DNA of 64,000 nucleotides from a virus: IMG/VR virus record IMGVR_UViG_3300037423_000584. One strand, given 5' to 3'. Both the position numbers and the translations under genes were made by a program. The notes beneath the pieces were generated by a model. The model saw only the letters and a list, made by a program, of their open reading frames with translations, was not told the DNA's origin and did not search any database. Of the stretch, positions 47,201 to 56,024 are shown one piece after another (within the stretch, counting starts at the first letter, position 1; each line of letters begins with the position of its first letter).

Positions 47201-50200
47201 CTTTTTGCTTATTAAGCTTATCTATAGTGTCATTTGTTCTATCGATAGCTTTCTTTAGCTTCTTTTCAGCAAGGGAAACCTCTGCTTGTGTTGCATTTCT
47301 GTTTTCCAGCAACGCATTATAACGCTTTTGTGCAGCTTCTTGTGCTGCTATTGCCCTCTCTCTTCTTTTTGCTCCAACTGCTTCTGCTTTAGCATTTGCA
47401 GCTTGTAGTTCTTCTTTGGAAGCACTTCCTACAAGTTGATTCAAAGTAAGATCTTTGTTCTGTAAATTAACAGGATTCTCTGATTTAGCTTGTAGTACGG
47501 CTGCGGCACGAAGTTCTTGATCTGTAGAAAGCTTTGTAAGAAGCTTAGGAATTGGAATATTAGTTTTTTCATGATGAGATAATACCTTTTCTATTGTTTC
47601 ATCAGAAGCAACTTGTTGTAGATATTTCTCTTCAATTCTGTTATTTCCGGAACCAGCTTTTACACGATTAAAAATAAGATCAGCATCGCTTGCAACTTTT
47701 GAAGCAACTGTGCTATCTTTTGCACGCTGAATGAGATCTGGATTTTTTCTTAATGTTTGTTCAAATATTTTTTGATCAAAAACAGAAGAATTAATACCAG
47801 GAACTGGTCCTCCAAATAATTGAGTTATTGGATTACCGGGATGGAATTTGCCATTGCCGAAAAATTCAATAGGAGATCTGCCCAATTCCGGAGAAGTAGT
47901 AAATGGGAATTCTTGTCTGTGTTCTTTAGTATATCCGGGTCCGTATTTTCTAGTTAATACTAATTTACCATTTTCTAAGAATATAGAAGGTTGTGCTTCT
48001 TTGTTTAATGAAGCATGCATTCCTGCTTCTGTAGCAACAGAAGGATCTACGAACACTGTTTGAGAAGATAATGGTTTAAGACCAACATCCTTTGGATCAT
48101 GGCCCGGATGCAATGTCTTATTTCGTTGAGTTTTTCCATCTGCAAAAGTATAAGTAGAACCTTTTGCCGTTTGGAATCCAGTTACACTTCCTATTGGTGA
48201 CTTTATTACTCTTCCTAGTATATCATCATTTATTGTACTAAACTGAGTAGATTTTTGATATATTGCATTTTTCTTAATTTCATCTTCTAGTAATTGTTCA
48301 TTAATTACAGATTGTAATCCTCTTTCAAGATACTGTCTTTGATATATTCTATCTCTAGAATCCTTATCAATCAAAGAAACATTGGTATCTATTTTTTTGC
48401 CTCTTAGACTTTTTATTAATGGTGTTCCAGTATATGTAAGTGCCCCAGAACTAACAGTAGATTGTACTAGATCTTCTGTTAAGGATTTTCTTTTTATTCC
48501 AAGTGGAATTACTGGACCATCAGAGGTGGTATCGCTTGGACCACCGGGTTTTCCGAATACATTCTTAAGATTGCTTGCACCTCTTAGGAAATCTGGTATG
48601 CTGCCAAGAATACTTATTCCAAGTTTGATAGAAGCAAGTCTGACGAGCGTAGGAACAAGTGGAGCAATAGCATTTAAAGCATCGGCAGAATATTTTGCTA
48701 GTTCTGCAAATTCATGAACAAGTTGCTGAATACCTTGATTTTCTGAGAAGTGCTTAAATACTTCTTCGAATTTAGCACCAACAGAACTTATCTCAGCATC
48801 AATTCTCTTGATACCAATAACAGCATCTCTGCTTAGATCACCAGCAGATTGATTGATATCGCCAAGTGCCTTTGCGAATTCGCTTCCACCTTCTGCACCT
48901 TTTGCGATGTCTTTAAAGAATGGAGCAAGAACTCTGCCTTGTCCAATACCAGCAATCTTATTTACAACTTGATTTATACCTTCGTCATCAAGACCTTTTT
49001 CTTTTATAGCTTTACCGATTTCAAGGAATCTTTGAGCAATACCCTTTAAGCTTCCATCGGCGTTTCTAATTTTACCATTAGTAAATTGTTGCTCGAAATC
49101 AATAACTGCCTGATCATATGCTTTTAATGATGCGATACTGAATGCAGTACCAACAGTAGCAATTGGTGATTGAGATACTTTCTTTGCAGAAGCTATTGCA
49201 GCAACATATTCGTCAATTTGTCCTTTAGCAGACGCGAATGCACCACCACCGTTCTTGATAGCAGTAAAGATATCTCCAACGTCCAGAGAATACTTTTTGC
49301 TTACTTTACTGATTTTATCAAGAACAGATTCAGTTTCTTCGCCACTAAGATTAAATTGGTTAATTGCAGCAACGACACCTTCGGTAGTATCTCTTACTTC
49401 TCCGAATACGGCAGAAACTTTTGTTTTAGCAATTGCGTTTACTGCTCTTACAAGAGTTCCTTCGCTGCCAAACTTCTCGCCAGATTGGCTAAAGATTCTA
49501 GCTACGTTGATTAGTTCTTTGCCGCTTTGACCATAGGTCTGAGCAACCTTAAGTACCTTTTCGGATACTTCCGATGCTTTGTCAGCATTGCCATCAAAAA
49601 GCTGAGTTAATTTATTAATTTCAGCGTTTAGAGCAATAGCAGAGTCTTTGGCAGCAATAAGTGCGGCGGATAGCTTAAAAACTATTCCTGCTGGGATTAG
49701 ATAGGCAGTAAGTCTTGTGGTTGTACGACCAACTTGTTCAGCAAAGCTTGCTTGATCTTCTGTTGCTCTACGAGTAGATTTACTAAGTTCGTCAGTGCCT
49801 TTTACTGTTTGCTGTAATGCCTTTTGAGCATTATTTAATTGCTGCTGAAGACCGTTAGCACCTTGTCCAACTGCACCAGCATTTTGACCAGTAGTAAAGT
49901 TAACCTTTACGCTTACTGGATTTCTTTCAAAGTAACTATTAACCTTGGTACGGAAGATAGACGCCTGAGAAGGATCAAACTCAATCTTAATTGGTCTAGC
50001 AGTATTTAAGAGTTTATTAACTCTATCTATACTTTCTTTATTAAATTCAAGATTGAATTTTCCAAGGTTATTTTGGATTTGGTTTTTGACAGACGAAATG
50101 CTCTTTGATGAAATAGACATGTCCAAGTCTGATAACTTGGACTGTATTGCTTTTCTCATTCCTTCTAAACTTGAAGGATCTATGCCAGCACTTACTATAA

Positions 50201-50210
50201 TATCTGCCAT
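44223..50210 (-). CDS. Tail tape measure protein
   Basis: 1995 aa, A/G/S/K-rich helical protein; TP901-type TMP core in the N-terminal third; glycine-rich hydrophobic segments. Confidence 0.9.
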   Translation of the reverse strand: MADIIVSAGIDPSSLEGMRKAIQSKLSDLDMSISSKSISSVKNQIQNNLGKFNLEFNKESIDRVNKLLNTARPIKIEFDPSQASIFRTKVNSYFERNPVSVKVNFTTGQNAGAVGQGANGLQQQLNNAQKALQQTVKGTDELSKSTRRATEDQASFAEQVGRTTTRLTAYLIPAGIVFKLSAALIAAKDSAIALNAEINKLTQLFDGNADKASEVSEKVLKVAQTYGQSGKELINVARIFSQSGEKFGSEGTLVRAVNAIAKTKVSAVFGEVRDTTEGVVAAINQFNLSGEETESVLDKISKVSKKYSLDVGDIFTAIKNGGGAFASAKGQIDEYVAAIASAKKVSQSPIATVGTAFSIASLKAYDQAVIDFEQQFTNGKIRNADGSLKGIAQRFLEIGKAIKEKGLDDEGINQVVNKIAGIGQGRVLAPFFKDIAKGAEGGSEFAKALGDINQSAGDLSRDAVIGIKRIDAEISSVGAKFEEVFKHFSENQGIQQLVHEFAELAKYSADALNAIAPLVPTLVRLASIKLGISILGSIPDFLRGASNLKNVFGKPGGPSDTTSDGPVIPLGIKRKSLTEDLVQSTVSSGALTYTGTPLIKSLRGKKIDTNVSLIDKDSRDRIYQRQYLERGLQSVINEQLLEDEIKKNAIYQKSTQFSTINDDILGRVIKSPIGSVTGFQTAKGSTYTFADGKTQRNKTLHPGHDPKDVGLKPLSSQTVFVDPSVATEAGMHASLNKEAQPSIFLENGKLVLTRKYGPGYTKEHRQEFPFTTSPELGRSPIEFFGNGKFHPGNPITQLFGGPVPGINSSVFDQKIFEQTLRKNPDLIQRAKDSTVASKVASDADLIFNRVKAGSGNNRIEEKYLQQVASDETIEKVLSHHEKTNIPIPKLLTKLSTDQELRAAAVLQAKSENPVNLQNKDLTLNQLVGSASKEELQAANAKAEAVGAKRRERAIAAQEAAQKRYNALLENRNATQAEVSLAEKKLKKAIDRTNDTIDKLNKQKEFFVREITALDAQELSIKQKQIQQANANSLRGRLSSGIENIATKGRNLISNPTAKTIGLSLLGTAALSGIDILGNSFASNVQSISDGQGLKSNYNNILSNNKKNTLISSLLTGFSSGALTGGVAGSIIPGVGTLAGGIAGGVIGGVGGLINGNSQANSDRVGQLLLGYSVSKNQSQQRQLLSDIVKDRVSKVGSGTLSYGAAAGLGAGQGTFDPKFADAAQKEMQEDARKALRDKFAKDLSTPEGQAAAAKIKDFAFDRARQLGAQGFSTDQVQDKIKKELGGSDKNAQEFISVVLDPVKDSFIEIAKVIDETRKAFLQTNASVEVFAYNFNKRTREISNNALGKGIDNQLSEQFATSLSGQGNGLFLVPDQFADFSFNNFQNKLGKLNLSSPNTRQSIDSGINESAGGFLSRNEKDVFGDIAVIQKGLENVSVDSLQKLAGRVVQEQDQTNVGSLLSKGISDIFKNSGISGNIRTQEGQNQLTEIINSVTKAAQQNVQGFKNDPSAFIAQFIKNLPTEQLNRFKAAISQLNEEIKKSFLGYQRERIVKDRDVQYETAFVNTKINRARQSASIGASSEDIVASLNDIIRGTSNTLGSSGNNLFGQTVLANPAGLTGGDGFIPSSKQAADGMLNLKKAQDDYKDSVDRANLRMQALNAKFEELTKSISSSIEANQRIGSTAVGQRAQADVSLGRINSTVGDLFSSGGLLAGERNPQQILKDVVSGKISKDQFKGVVNRLSILPDAFLQDAQTANSVFGGVKLPGAAGRTTVSEATGIVSFLKGLGNGPLGQDTSGDLLDKVKEQLSAYNETASIETQQLDVLKSINDAIRTKFQLPAYTNPFAPPPSSPVAQPAATPANAISSSTPVEIKGRGSADDNLIQFSRESLTKDIDKYKGSSPLDFAAKFSAMEELSSDLKRFINAIQNKSGSHSKVEVSGDLNVTGFENSSRDIAVKATVSAVIDSLSKQLGSTPEERSLKEKLVLVSRELRQNNK

Positions 50211-50234
50211 GTCTATCTTCCGTTATAAAGGTTA

Positions 50235-51032
50235 TTACTTCGGTTCTTCAACTACAACAGGAGTACCATCTTCGTCTAAAAATGGCTGTTCCTCTGAAAT
50301 CTCGCCTTGAAGAGTATTGATTTGCTTTGCAACCTCTTCCTCTAGCATCTTGACAGTCTTACCTTCTCTGTCAACCTTTTCACCAGTCTTGCGATCAATA
50401 TAGTTTAGATCATCATCAATGAAGTTATACTTCTTAAGCCAGCGATTTTCTGGTAGACGCTTTTCGAATTCTGTATTGACTCCATAGATTACTTCGGCAG
50501 AAGCAACACCGGCCTTGCGATAAACATCGCTTAGTTTATCAGCCTTCATGTCATCGAACGATTCCCAATAGTTTACTCCTGTTTCAGAATATACAGTACA
50601 AGCATAAACTATATAATCATTACGTTCACGTTCTGCTAAAGATTCGATAGTGGAATCATCGAAAATCTGACGCTTGCTCATTATCTTAACCATTTCTTTA
50701 CGCTTATCAGTTACTTCAATAGCAAGCTTACGACCTTCACTAAGTTTAATTCCGCCCTTCTTCATTTTGCCCAGAAGAACTTCGATATCCTCTTGAATCT
50801 GAGAGAGTTCTTGTTCTTCCTTTTCTGTCCAGACTCCTGTTTCCTTTAGAAACTTGTCTAGCTCAGAACGAAGAAGAAGACCCTTCTTGCCTCCGCTTTC
50901 TCTAATAAGGGATGCTACTTTTGAAGCATAAATCTTATCGGATTGCTCAAGATCGTCATAGGTTGGGCGACGAACCGATAGTGTAATTTCCTTGCCATCC
51001 TTATCGAAACTAGTAAAATCCTTGCGATTCAT
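50235..51032 (-). CDS. Putative tail assembly chaperone
   Basis: Charged helical protein immediately upstream of the TMP; AGGAG RBS. Confidence 0.5.
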   Translation of the reverse strand: MNRKDFTSFDKDGKEITLSVRRPTYDDLEQSDKIYASKVASLIRESGGKKGLLLRSELDKFLKETGVWTEKEEQELSQIQEDIEVLLGKMKKGGIKLSEGRKLAIEVTDKRKEMVKIMSKRQIFDDSTIESLAERERNDYIVYACTVYSETGVNYWESFDDMKADKLSDVYRKAGVASAEVIYGVNTEFEKRLPENRWLKKYNFIDDDLNYIDRKTGEKVDREGKTVKMLEEEVAKQINTLQGEISEEQPFLDEDGTPVVVEEPK

Positions 51033-51034
51033 TA

Positions 51035-51355
51035 TTATTCTCCTTTGTAATTCCTCTTGACTAAAATTGTCTGATGTCTATTCCAAACTACTTCGTGAAG
51101 GTCCAATTCGCTCATGCAATTACGTTTTTGTTGATTTCCAGTATTTAGGATATTATTGCGACATTCTTTCCATTTAGATCGGAAATCTTTTTGTTGGTCT
51201 GTTAATTCTGATTCTGGTCTGTTATATCCCCACAATTCTCCGAAAGCCATTTCAAACTGACTAAGCGGATAAATCATAGTGGTATCAAATTTCTTGCTTA
51301 CAATCTTCTTAAGTCTATCTCTAAACTTATCCTTCGTCTCTTGACTGTATTCCAT
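51035..51355 (-). CDS. Hypothetical protein
   Basis: AGGAG RBS, operon packing. Confidence 0.6.
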   Translation of the reverse strand: MEYSQETKDKFRDRLKKIVSKKFDTTMIYPLSQFEMAFGELWGYNRPESELTDQQKDFRSKWKECRNNILNTGNQQKRNCMSELDLHEVVWNRHQTILVKRNYKGE

Positions 51356-51356
51356 T

Positions 51357-52409
51357 TTATCTCCTATTTTGTGTTCCTTGCGATGCCGCCTGATTTACTT
51401 TCATAATCAGATCTTGCTTCACATCAGGCAACTGTGTATGTTCCAATTGTCCTTTTTCGTTGATTACTTTTTCTCTAGTCGCTATAATTCCTTTGGCAAT
51501 AGGATCGTTAAGGCTATAAACTTCTTTTGCCCCTTCCTTGTCACTTGGAATAAAGACTTCTTGACCAGATATTAAGTTTGCTGAATTTTCTACTTGTCTC
51601 TTCTGATTTTCTTTATTTATTCTATCTGCTTCTGCTTTATACCAAGCATCGAATTTCGTATCGTCGTTTATTACTTCGTCACTTGGTCTATTTGAACTTT
51701 CAAAAGCAAAATCGTAGACCTTGGTCCACAACAAAAGCAAATATTGTAAATCCGTCATCTCAACAGAAGAGTGAGGGAAAAGGTGGGTTCCTGTACCTTT
51801 CGATACTGTCCAATATAACCGCCAAGGGTCGGTTCTTGCTATCTCTCTTATTTCTGGCTCAGAAATACCGTTTTCCTTATAATAATAATATACAAGAACA
51901 TCTAAAAATGCTGGCTCTTCTAATAGAGATCTATCTTTAATTTCTGTTATTTTTGATACTATAAACTTCTTTCTGCCCATATCGGATAAGTATTCAGCAG
52001 TAGAAGAATATAATTGATTCCTGATGGTTTCTAATTCTATGAAACGCTTCTTTGCTTTTTCTATGGCTGCTTTTGCTGTTCTTTCCTCTGATTTCTTGAA
52101 TCTAAGCTCTGGCAATCTAGAGTTGAGTTTCTCGATATCTGATTTAATAGTTTCTAGTTCTTTTTGAAGCTTATCATTCCATAAACCTTTTTCAGTCAAC
52201 AGTTTATATGATTCTTCAAGAGTAAATAATCCATCTTCTTTTGTAGATCTATTAAAGATTTTGTTGTAAATCCAGTCGCTTTCGGCAAGGATGGACAACG
52301 AAGGATCTTTGAAAACAACATCAAAGTTGTCATGCTTGTACTTGACTGTGCAGTACAATGTTCTACTGGTTATTCTGCGGAGGATTTGTTCTCTTTTATT
52401 GAAGTCCAT
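51357..52409 (-). CDS. Hypothetical protein (possible tail assembly chaperone)
   Basis: Coiled-coil-rich; located between the tail tube gene and the TMP. Confidence 0.5.
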   Translation of the reverse strand: MDFNKREQILRRITSRTLYCTVKYKHDNFDVVFKDPSLSILAESDWIYNKIFNRSTKEDGLFTLEESYKLLTEKGLWNDKLQKELETIKSDIEKLNSRLPELRFKKSEERTAKAAIEKAKKRFIELETIRNQLYSSTAEYLSDMGRKKFIVSKITEIKDRSLLEEPAFLDVLVYYYYKENGISEPEIREIARTDPWRLYWTVSKGTGTHLFPHSSVEMTDLQYLLLLWTKVYDFAFESSNRPSDEVINDDTKFDAWYKAEADRINKENQKRQVENSANLISGQEVFIPSDKEGAKEVYSLNDPIAKGIIATREKVINEKGQLEHTQLPDVKQDLIMKVNQAASQGTQNRR

Positions 52410-52446
52410 ATATCTAATTATCGTTTATTCCTATAGATATATACAA

Positions 52447-52480
52447 TAAAAAATCCCACGCCATAGGGTTAACGTGGGAT
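52447..52480 (-). terminator. Rho-independent terminator downstream of the HNH gene
   Basis: ATCCCACG/CGTGGGAT stem followed by TTTTT on the - strand. Confidence 0.7.
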
Positions 52481-52535
52481 AGACAGGAACGGAAGTGATA
52501 TTTTGTTAAGTAATGACAAGTTACTTAACATATAA

Positions 52536-52796
52536 TTATCGTATCTTCTTATTAGTTTTTTTGACTTTTTTCTTTTTATTTTTATAATCGTGAAACATTT
52601 TATGACATTCTTCACATAGCGTTATTAAATCCAAATCGTCTTCATTTCCTAATCTGTCATATGTACTGTGATGTACTTGCAACAAAGTATCGTTTGCATC
52701 TGCGTTACAAAGTCTACATTTGAATCCATCTCTCTTTAATATTTGGATTCTTCTTTTACGCCATTTCTTAGATTTTATGTATTTTGTTAGATTCAT
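52536..52796 (-). CDS. Minimal HNH endonuclease (86 aa)
   Basis: 'W...R..IL.RDGFKCRLC...LQVHH...LITLCEECH' with a basic C-terminal tail. Confidence 0.88.
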   Translation of the reverse strand: MNLTKYIKSKKWRKRRIQILKRDGFKCRLCNADANDTLLQVHHSTYDRLGNEDDLDLITLCEECHKMFHDYKNKKKKVKKTNKKIR

Positions 52797-52804
52797 GTTA
52801 TATA

Positions 52805-53135
52805 TATCCAGCCAGGCCCCTTTACTGCTGATTCTATCTTCTCTCTTTTAGAGTTAGTATTAGAATCTTAGTAAATCAATCTTAGAACCAAAATCTATCC
52901 TATTATCAGCACTAGGTTGTGAGGTTGCACATTGCCTAGATTTATTTTTTTCCGGATAGTACAAAGTTCTAAAGCCCAGAACATGGCCTGTAATATGTTC
53001 TGCTGCTGACTCATAACTGCGGCGGCTTTTGTTTTTAGGACACGGTTTTAGTTTTAAAATGGAATGGGATACCGTCTGTCTATAAACCCTATGTCTGTCA
53101 ACTATAATTATCGTAGTGATAGAACGGTGTTTAAG
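52805..53135. ncRNA. Putative structured non-coding RNA adjacent to the HNH gene
   Basis: About 330 nt without a credible ORF; many nested complementary segments and two candidate pseudoknots; strand uncertain. Confidence 0.4.
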
Positions 53136-53140
53136 CGTTA

Positions 53141-53173
53141 AAATAAAAAGATCCAGCACGAAGGCTGGATCTT
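53141..53173 (-). terminator. Rho-independent terminator after the tail tube gene
   Basis: AAGATCCAGC/GCTGGATCTT stem followed by a T-run on the - strand. Confidence 0.8.
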
Positions 53174-53201
53174 ACCTTTATATATAAATATAAGTAGGAT
53201 A

Positions 53202-54212
53202 TTAAGTTAGACCTTCTGGGTCACTCAAAGAAGTGACATCTAACTTGTTGAAATTCTGGAACGAATAAGTCATTGTTGCATTACCACCAGTAGCGTCAAA
53301 ACCACTGAACGAAACAGATTGAAGCTTATTCTTATTACCAAGATCAAAGATTGTTCCATCGTCAAGCTTGATCTTAATTGGTTCATTTGTTAGGTTGGTT
53401 GCATCGCTGATAGCATTGATATTGTCACCGGGGTTGCTACCACCAGCGGTAACAGTAATAGAGCAGTTTACAGCAGTTGGGAAGGTAGCATACTTATAGT
53501 ATGGCTTCCGACGACCAAGCTCGTATAGATCTTCACGACCAAGGCTGCAACTGATATTAACGTCCTGAATGTGTGCTCCGAATACACCTGCTGTTTGAAT
53601 GTTATAACCAGAACCACCAATTACAGTAACACCGGGAATATTTGTTGGGAAAACAGATTCACCGCTTCCCATACGAACGTTTTGACGTCGCTGAGTACCA
53701 GAGGCAGGAGTATCAGTATTATCAAAGTGACCATTGAATGCGAAGCTTGAGGTCTTCCAAATCTTATCGTTACCAGTTAAGCTAACGCTTTCACGAGCGT
53801 TACCTTGGACTGGAAGAGTATAGTTTAGGCTGTTTACATACATACCAGAGCAGTATGCTTGAACCATGGGGGTTCCAGTTGCACTGCTATTGGTATCTTG
53901 GAACAAGCTAACGAATACGTCTGCCCGTTGATTGGTACGATTTAGAAGAGACTTGCTAGTTGCACCCCGAGTAGAAAGATGGTAAACAAGAGGATAGCCA
54001 TCAAGAACCTTATCAATTGTCATTTCGACAGTTGGAAGGTTTTCAATGTTCTCATAGATATCAAGCTGACCTAACTCGAAGACCTGCTCTAGATTGAAGT
54101 TAGTGTTCATGCTTACGCTTTGGACACCGTGAACAGGCAAGCCTGTTACGCTGCAATATGGTCCAATTGCAACTTCTGCTAATGCGTATATTATCCTGTT
54201 AGTTGTAGGCAT
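53202..54212 (-). CDS. Major tail tube protein
   Basis: Two tube-like repeats ('EQVFELGQ', 'EDLYELGR'), strong RBS, its own promoter motif and terminator, position upstream of chaperones and TMP. Confidence 0.75.
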   Translation of the reverse strand: MPTTNRIIYALAEVAIGPYCSVTGLPVHGVQSVSMNTNFNLEQVFELGQLDIYENIENLPTVEMTIDKVLDGYPLVYHLSTRGATSKSLLNRTNQRADVFVSLFQDTNSSATGTPMVQAYCSGMYVNSLNYTLPVQGNARESVSLTGNDKIWKTSSFAFNGHFDNTDTPASGTQRRQNVRMGSGESVFPTNIPGVTVIGGSGYNIQTAGVFGAHIQDVNISCSLGREDLYELGRRKPYYKYATFPTAVNCSITVTAGGSNPGDNINAISDATNLTNEPIKIKLDDGTIFDLGNKNKLQSVSFSGFDATGGNATMTYSFQNFNKLDVTSLSDPEGLT

Positions 54213-54250
54213 TTTATTATCTCCGTTTCTATAAAATTTCTTTCCAATGA

Positions 54251-54275
54251 TATAGCGTACAAATATTTATACAAG
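54251..54275 (-). promoter_or_regulatory. Putative late promoter CTTGTATAAAT-N3-TGTACRCTATA
   Basis: 22/25 identical to 33743-33767; contains a T4-late-like TATAAATA. Confidence 0.7.
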
Positions 54276-54283
54276 TATAAATA

Positions 54284-55219
54284 TTAATATGTACTTAAAT
54301 ATCTATCTACTTGAACAGTTTGCCTACACTGACCTCTGAATAAATCAAGATGGTCATCAATTGTTTCTGTTTGGCTTTTATCTATATATCCATAAGTCCA
54401 AAAATAACTATTATTTCTATTGGCTAAATTAGGATAAGTTAAAGCACCACTAGATAAAGTACCATTATTTTTAAGAGGAATTGGAGCACGATTTACATCA
54501 AATAAACTAATTGATGTAGAATCTTGATTGCTAATTAAATCGAGCAAACGTTTATTGGTAAAACCCTTGTCGGTGAAAGTATGATAAAAAACCATATATT
54601 CTGATCGTTCGCCACCTCCGAGTTGCAATCCCTCGTTTGTTCTATTTTGTACGTCTATTACTATACAAGGAATCCATACTCTATTTTCTTTAAGATTAGA
54701 AGCCATTCCAGATGGAGAAAGAGTATCTAACGAATCATATCTGGTTTGATATTCGTCTACTATAGTTTTCCATTCATAACTATCTGCTGTATAAACAGAT
54801 ATATCCCTAGCAGTGTATTCGCATCTAATATTTCCTGACGTTACAGGACGATCAAAAATTATTCTTCCTCTTTTATAATCAACCTTATAAGATAAATTGC
54901 CAGAAGTATTTGTAGGTAAAAATACATTATTAATATAAATACCAGAAACTTGGAATGGAGCAATAGATTCTCCAATAGGAGCTACATCATTTTCCCAAAC
55001 CCAAGATGGACCAAAACCTTCGTACACTTGATAGTCATTGTATCTATCATCTTTTACATGTTTTAATTTTGTATAACCAGATGTAGGAAGATTGAATTTT
55101 ATAGGAGTATAGGCACCTACTTCTAAAAGACCATATTCAAGCCAAGATTTAAGGTTATAAGCGAGAATATCGCTACCTTCGTAATCGTAGAAGTTTTTTG
55201 TTCCCTTTAATACTGGCAT
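54284..55219 (-). CDS. Putative tail terminator/neck protein
   Basis: 'VWIPCIVID...GLQLGG'; position immediately upstream of the tail tube gene. Confidence 0.5.
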   Translation of the reverse strand: MPVLKGTKNFYDYEGSDILAYNLKSWLEYGLLEVGAYTPIKFNLPTSGYTKLKHVKDDRYNDYQVYEGFGPSWVWENDVAPIGESIAPFQVSGIYINNVFLPTNTSGNLSYKVDYKRGRIIFDRPVTSGNIRCEYTARDISVYTADSYEWKTIVDEYQTRYDSLDTLSPSGMASNLKENRVWIPCIVIDVQNRTNEGLQLGGGERSEYMVFYHTFTDKGFTNKRLLDLISNQDSTSISLFDVNRAPIPLKNNGTLSSGALTYPNLANRNNSYFWTYGYIDKSQTETIDDHLDLFRGQCRQTVQVDRYLSTY

Positions 55220-55223
55220 TTTA

Positions 55224-56024
55224 TTATCTCGATTTAAGTATTCTAATCATCATGGATCTTACTTTAGATCTTATAAGTGCTTTTAATTCTCTACTTTTTG
55301 CTATTTCATCTATAAAATTCTTTGTGCCTGGATTTGGTATCGCTATAACTGGGAATTGATACGGAAATCTTCGTATCTTGTTTAAAGCTTTAGACATAAC
55401 CGCTCTACCAGACCTACTGATTCCTTGAGGAACACCAGATAGATCATATCTAATACCATAGTCTTTTATATCAGGAATATCTGCTTTTATAGCACTCATT
55501 TTTGCTTCTAAAAGCCATTTCATCCATTCGATATGATAAACTTTTGGCTCTCTTTTTCTCTTTCTTCTTATTGTACTTTTAGATGTACTATAATAATGAA
55601 ACTCATCTCCTGATTTTAATTGATCTTCATATTTTGCAGGATCTAATGCACTTATAGTAATATTGACATCAGAAGATAAACCAGAAGCACTTTGTATTCT
55701 TCCTACTTCTACATCAATTGTTTCGATCAGAATTTCCATCATTCTGTTCAGAGCAGTTTTAGCCATTTGATCTGTTAAACCAAATTCTGCTTGTAAATCG
55801 TGTCTTTCTAGGTTTGGAAATTCTCCATTGAGTCCTTTATAAACTCTACTTCCTTCTATAGCTTTAATAATTATATCTTTTACAACTATATATACTTCTT
55901 CTTTTGCTTTATATATTCTGTTATTTATAGTTTGACGTGCTCTTTCTGCAAGCTTCTTGTTGAAGTTTGTTGTAGCTTTGACAGAAATTTTACCAACTCT
56001 TAATGTCATCCTATTCTTTCCCAA
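55224..56024 (-). CDS. Putative neck / tail completion protein
   Basis: Basic protein with 'WMKWLLE', 'SRSGRAVM', 'NFIDE'; position in the head-tail module. Confidence 0.45.
   Translation of the reverse strand: MGKNRMTLRVGKISVKATTNFNKKLAERARQTINNRIYKAKEEVYIVVKDIIIKAIEGSRVYKGLNGEFPNLERHDLQAEFGLTDQMAKTALNRMMEILIETIDVEVGRIQSASGLSSDVNITISALDPAKYEDQLKSGDEFHYYSTSKSTIRRKRKREPKVYHIEWMKWLLEAKMSAIKADIPDIKDYGIRYDLSGVPQGISRSGRAVMSKALNKIRRFPYQFPVIAIPNPGTKNFIDEIAKSRELKALIRSKVRSMMIRILKSR

Noticed and set aside
52805-53135. tRNA, tmRNA, RNase P RNA or group I intron identity for the structured region
   Set aside because: No T-loop/CCA end or RNase P signature. An AAGAUA-GAAUC stretch loosely recalls group I J8/7-P7, but no P3 or flanking exons could be assigned.
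52860-53159. 99-aa ORF on the - strand
   Set aside because: It starts inside a terminator hairpin, has no RBS and has atypical composition. The region is better explained as structured non-coding sequence.
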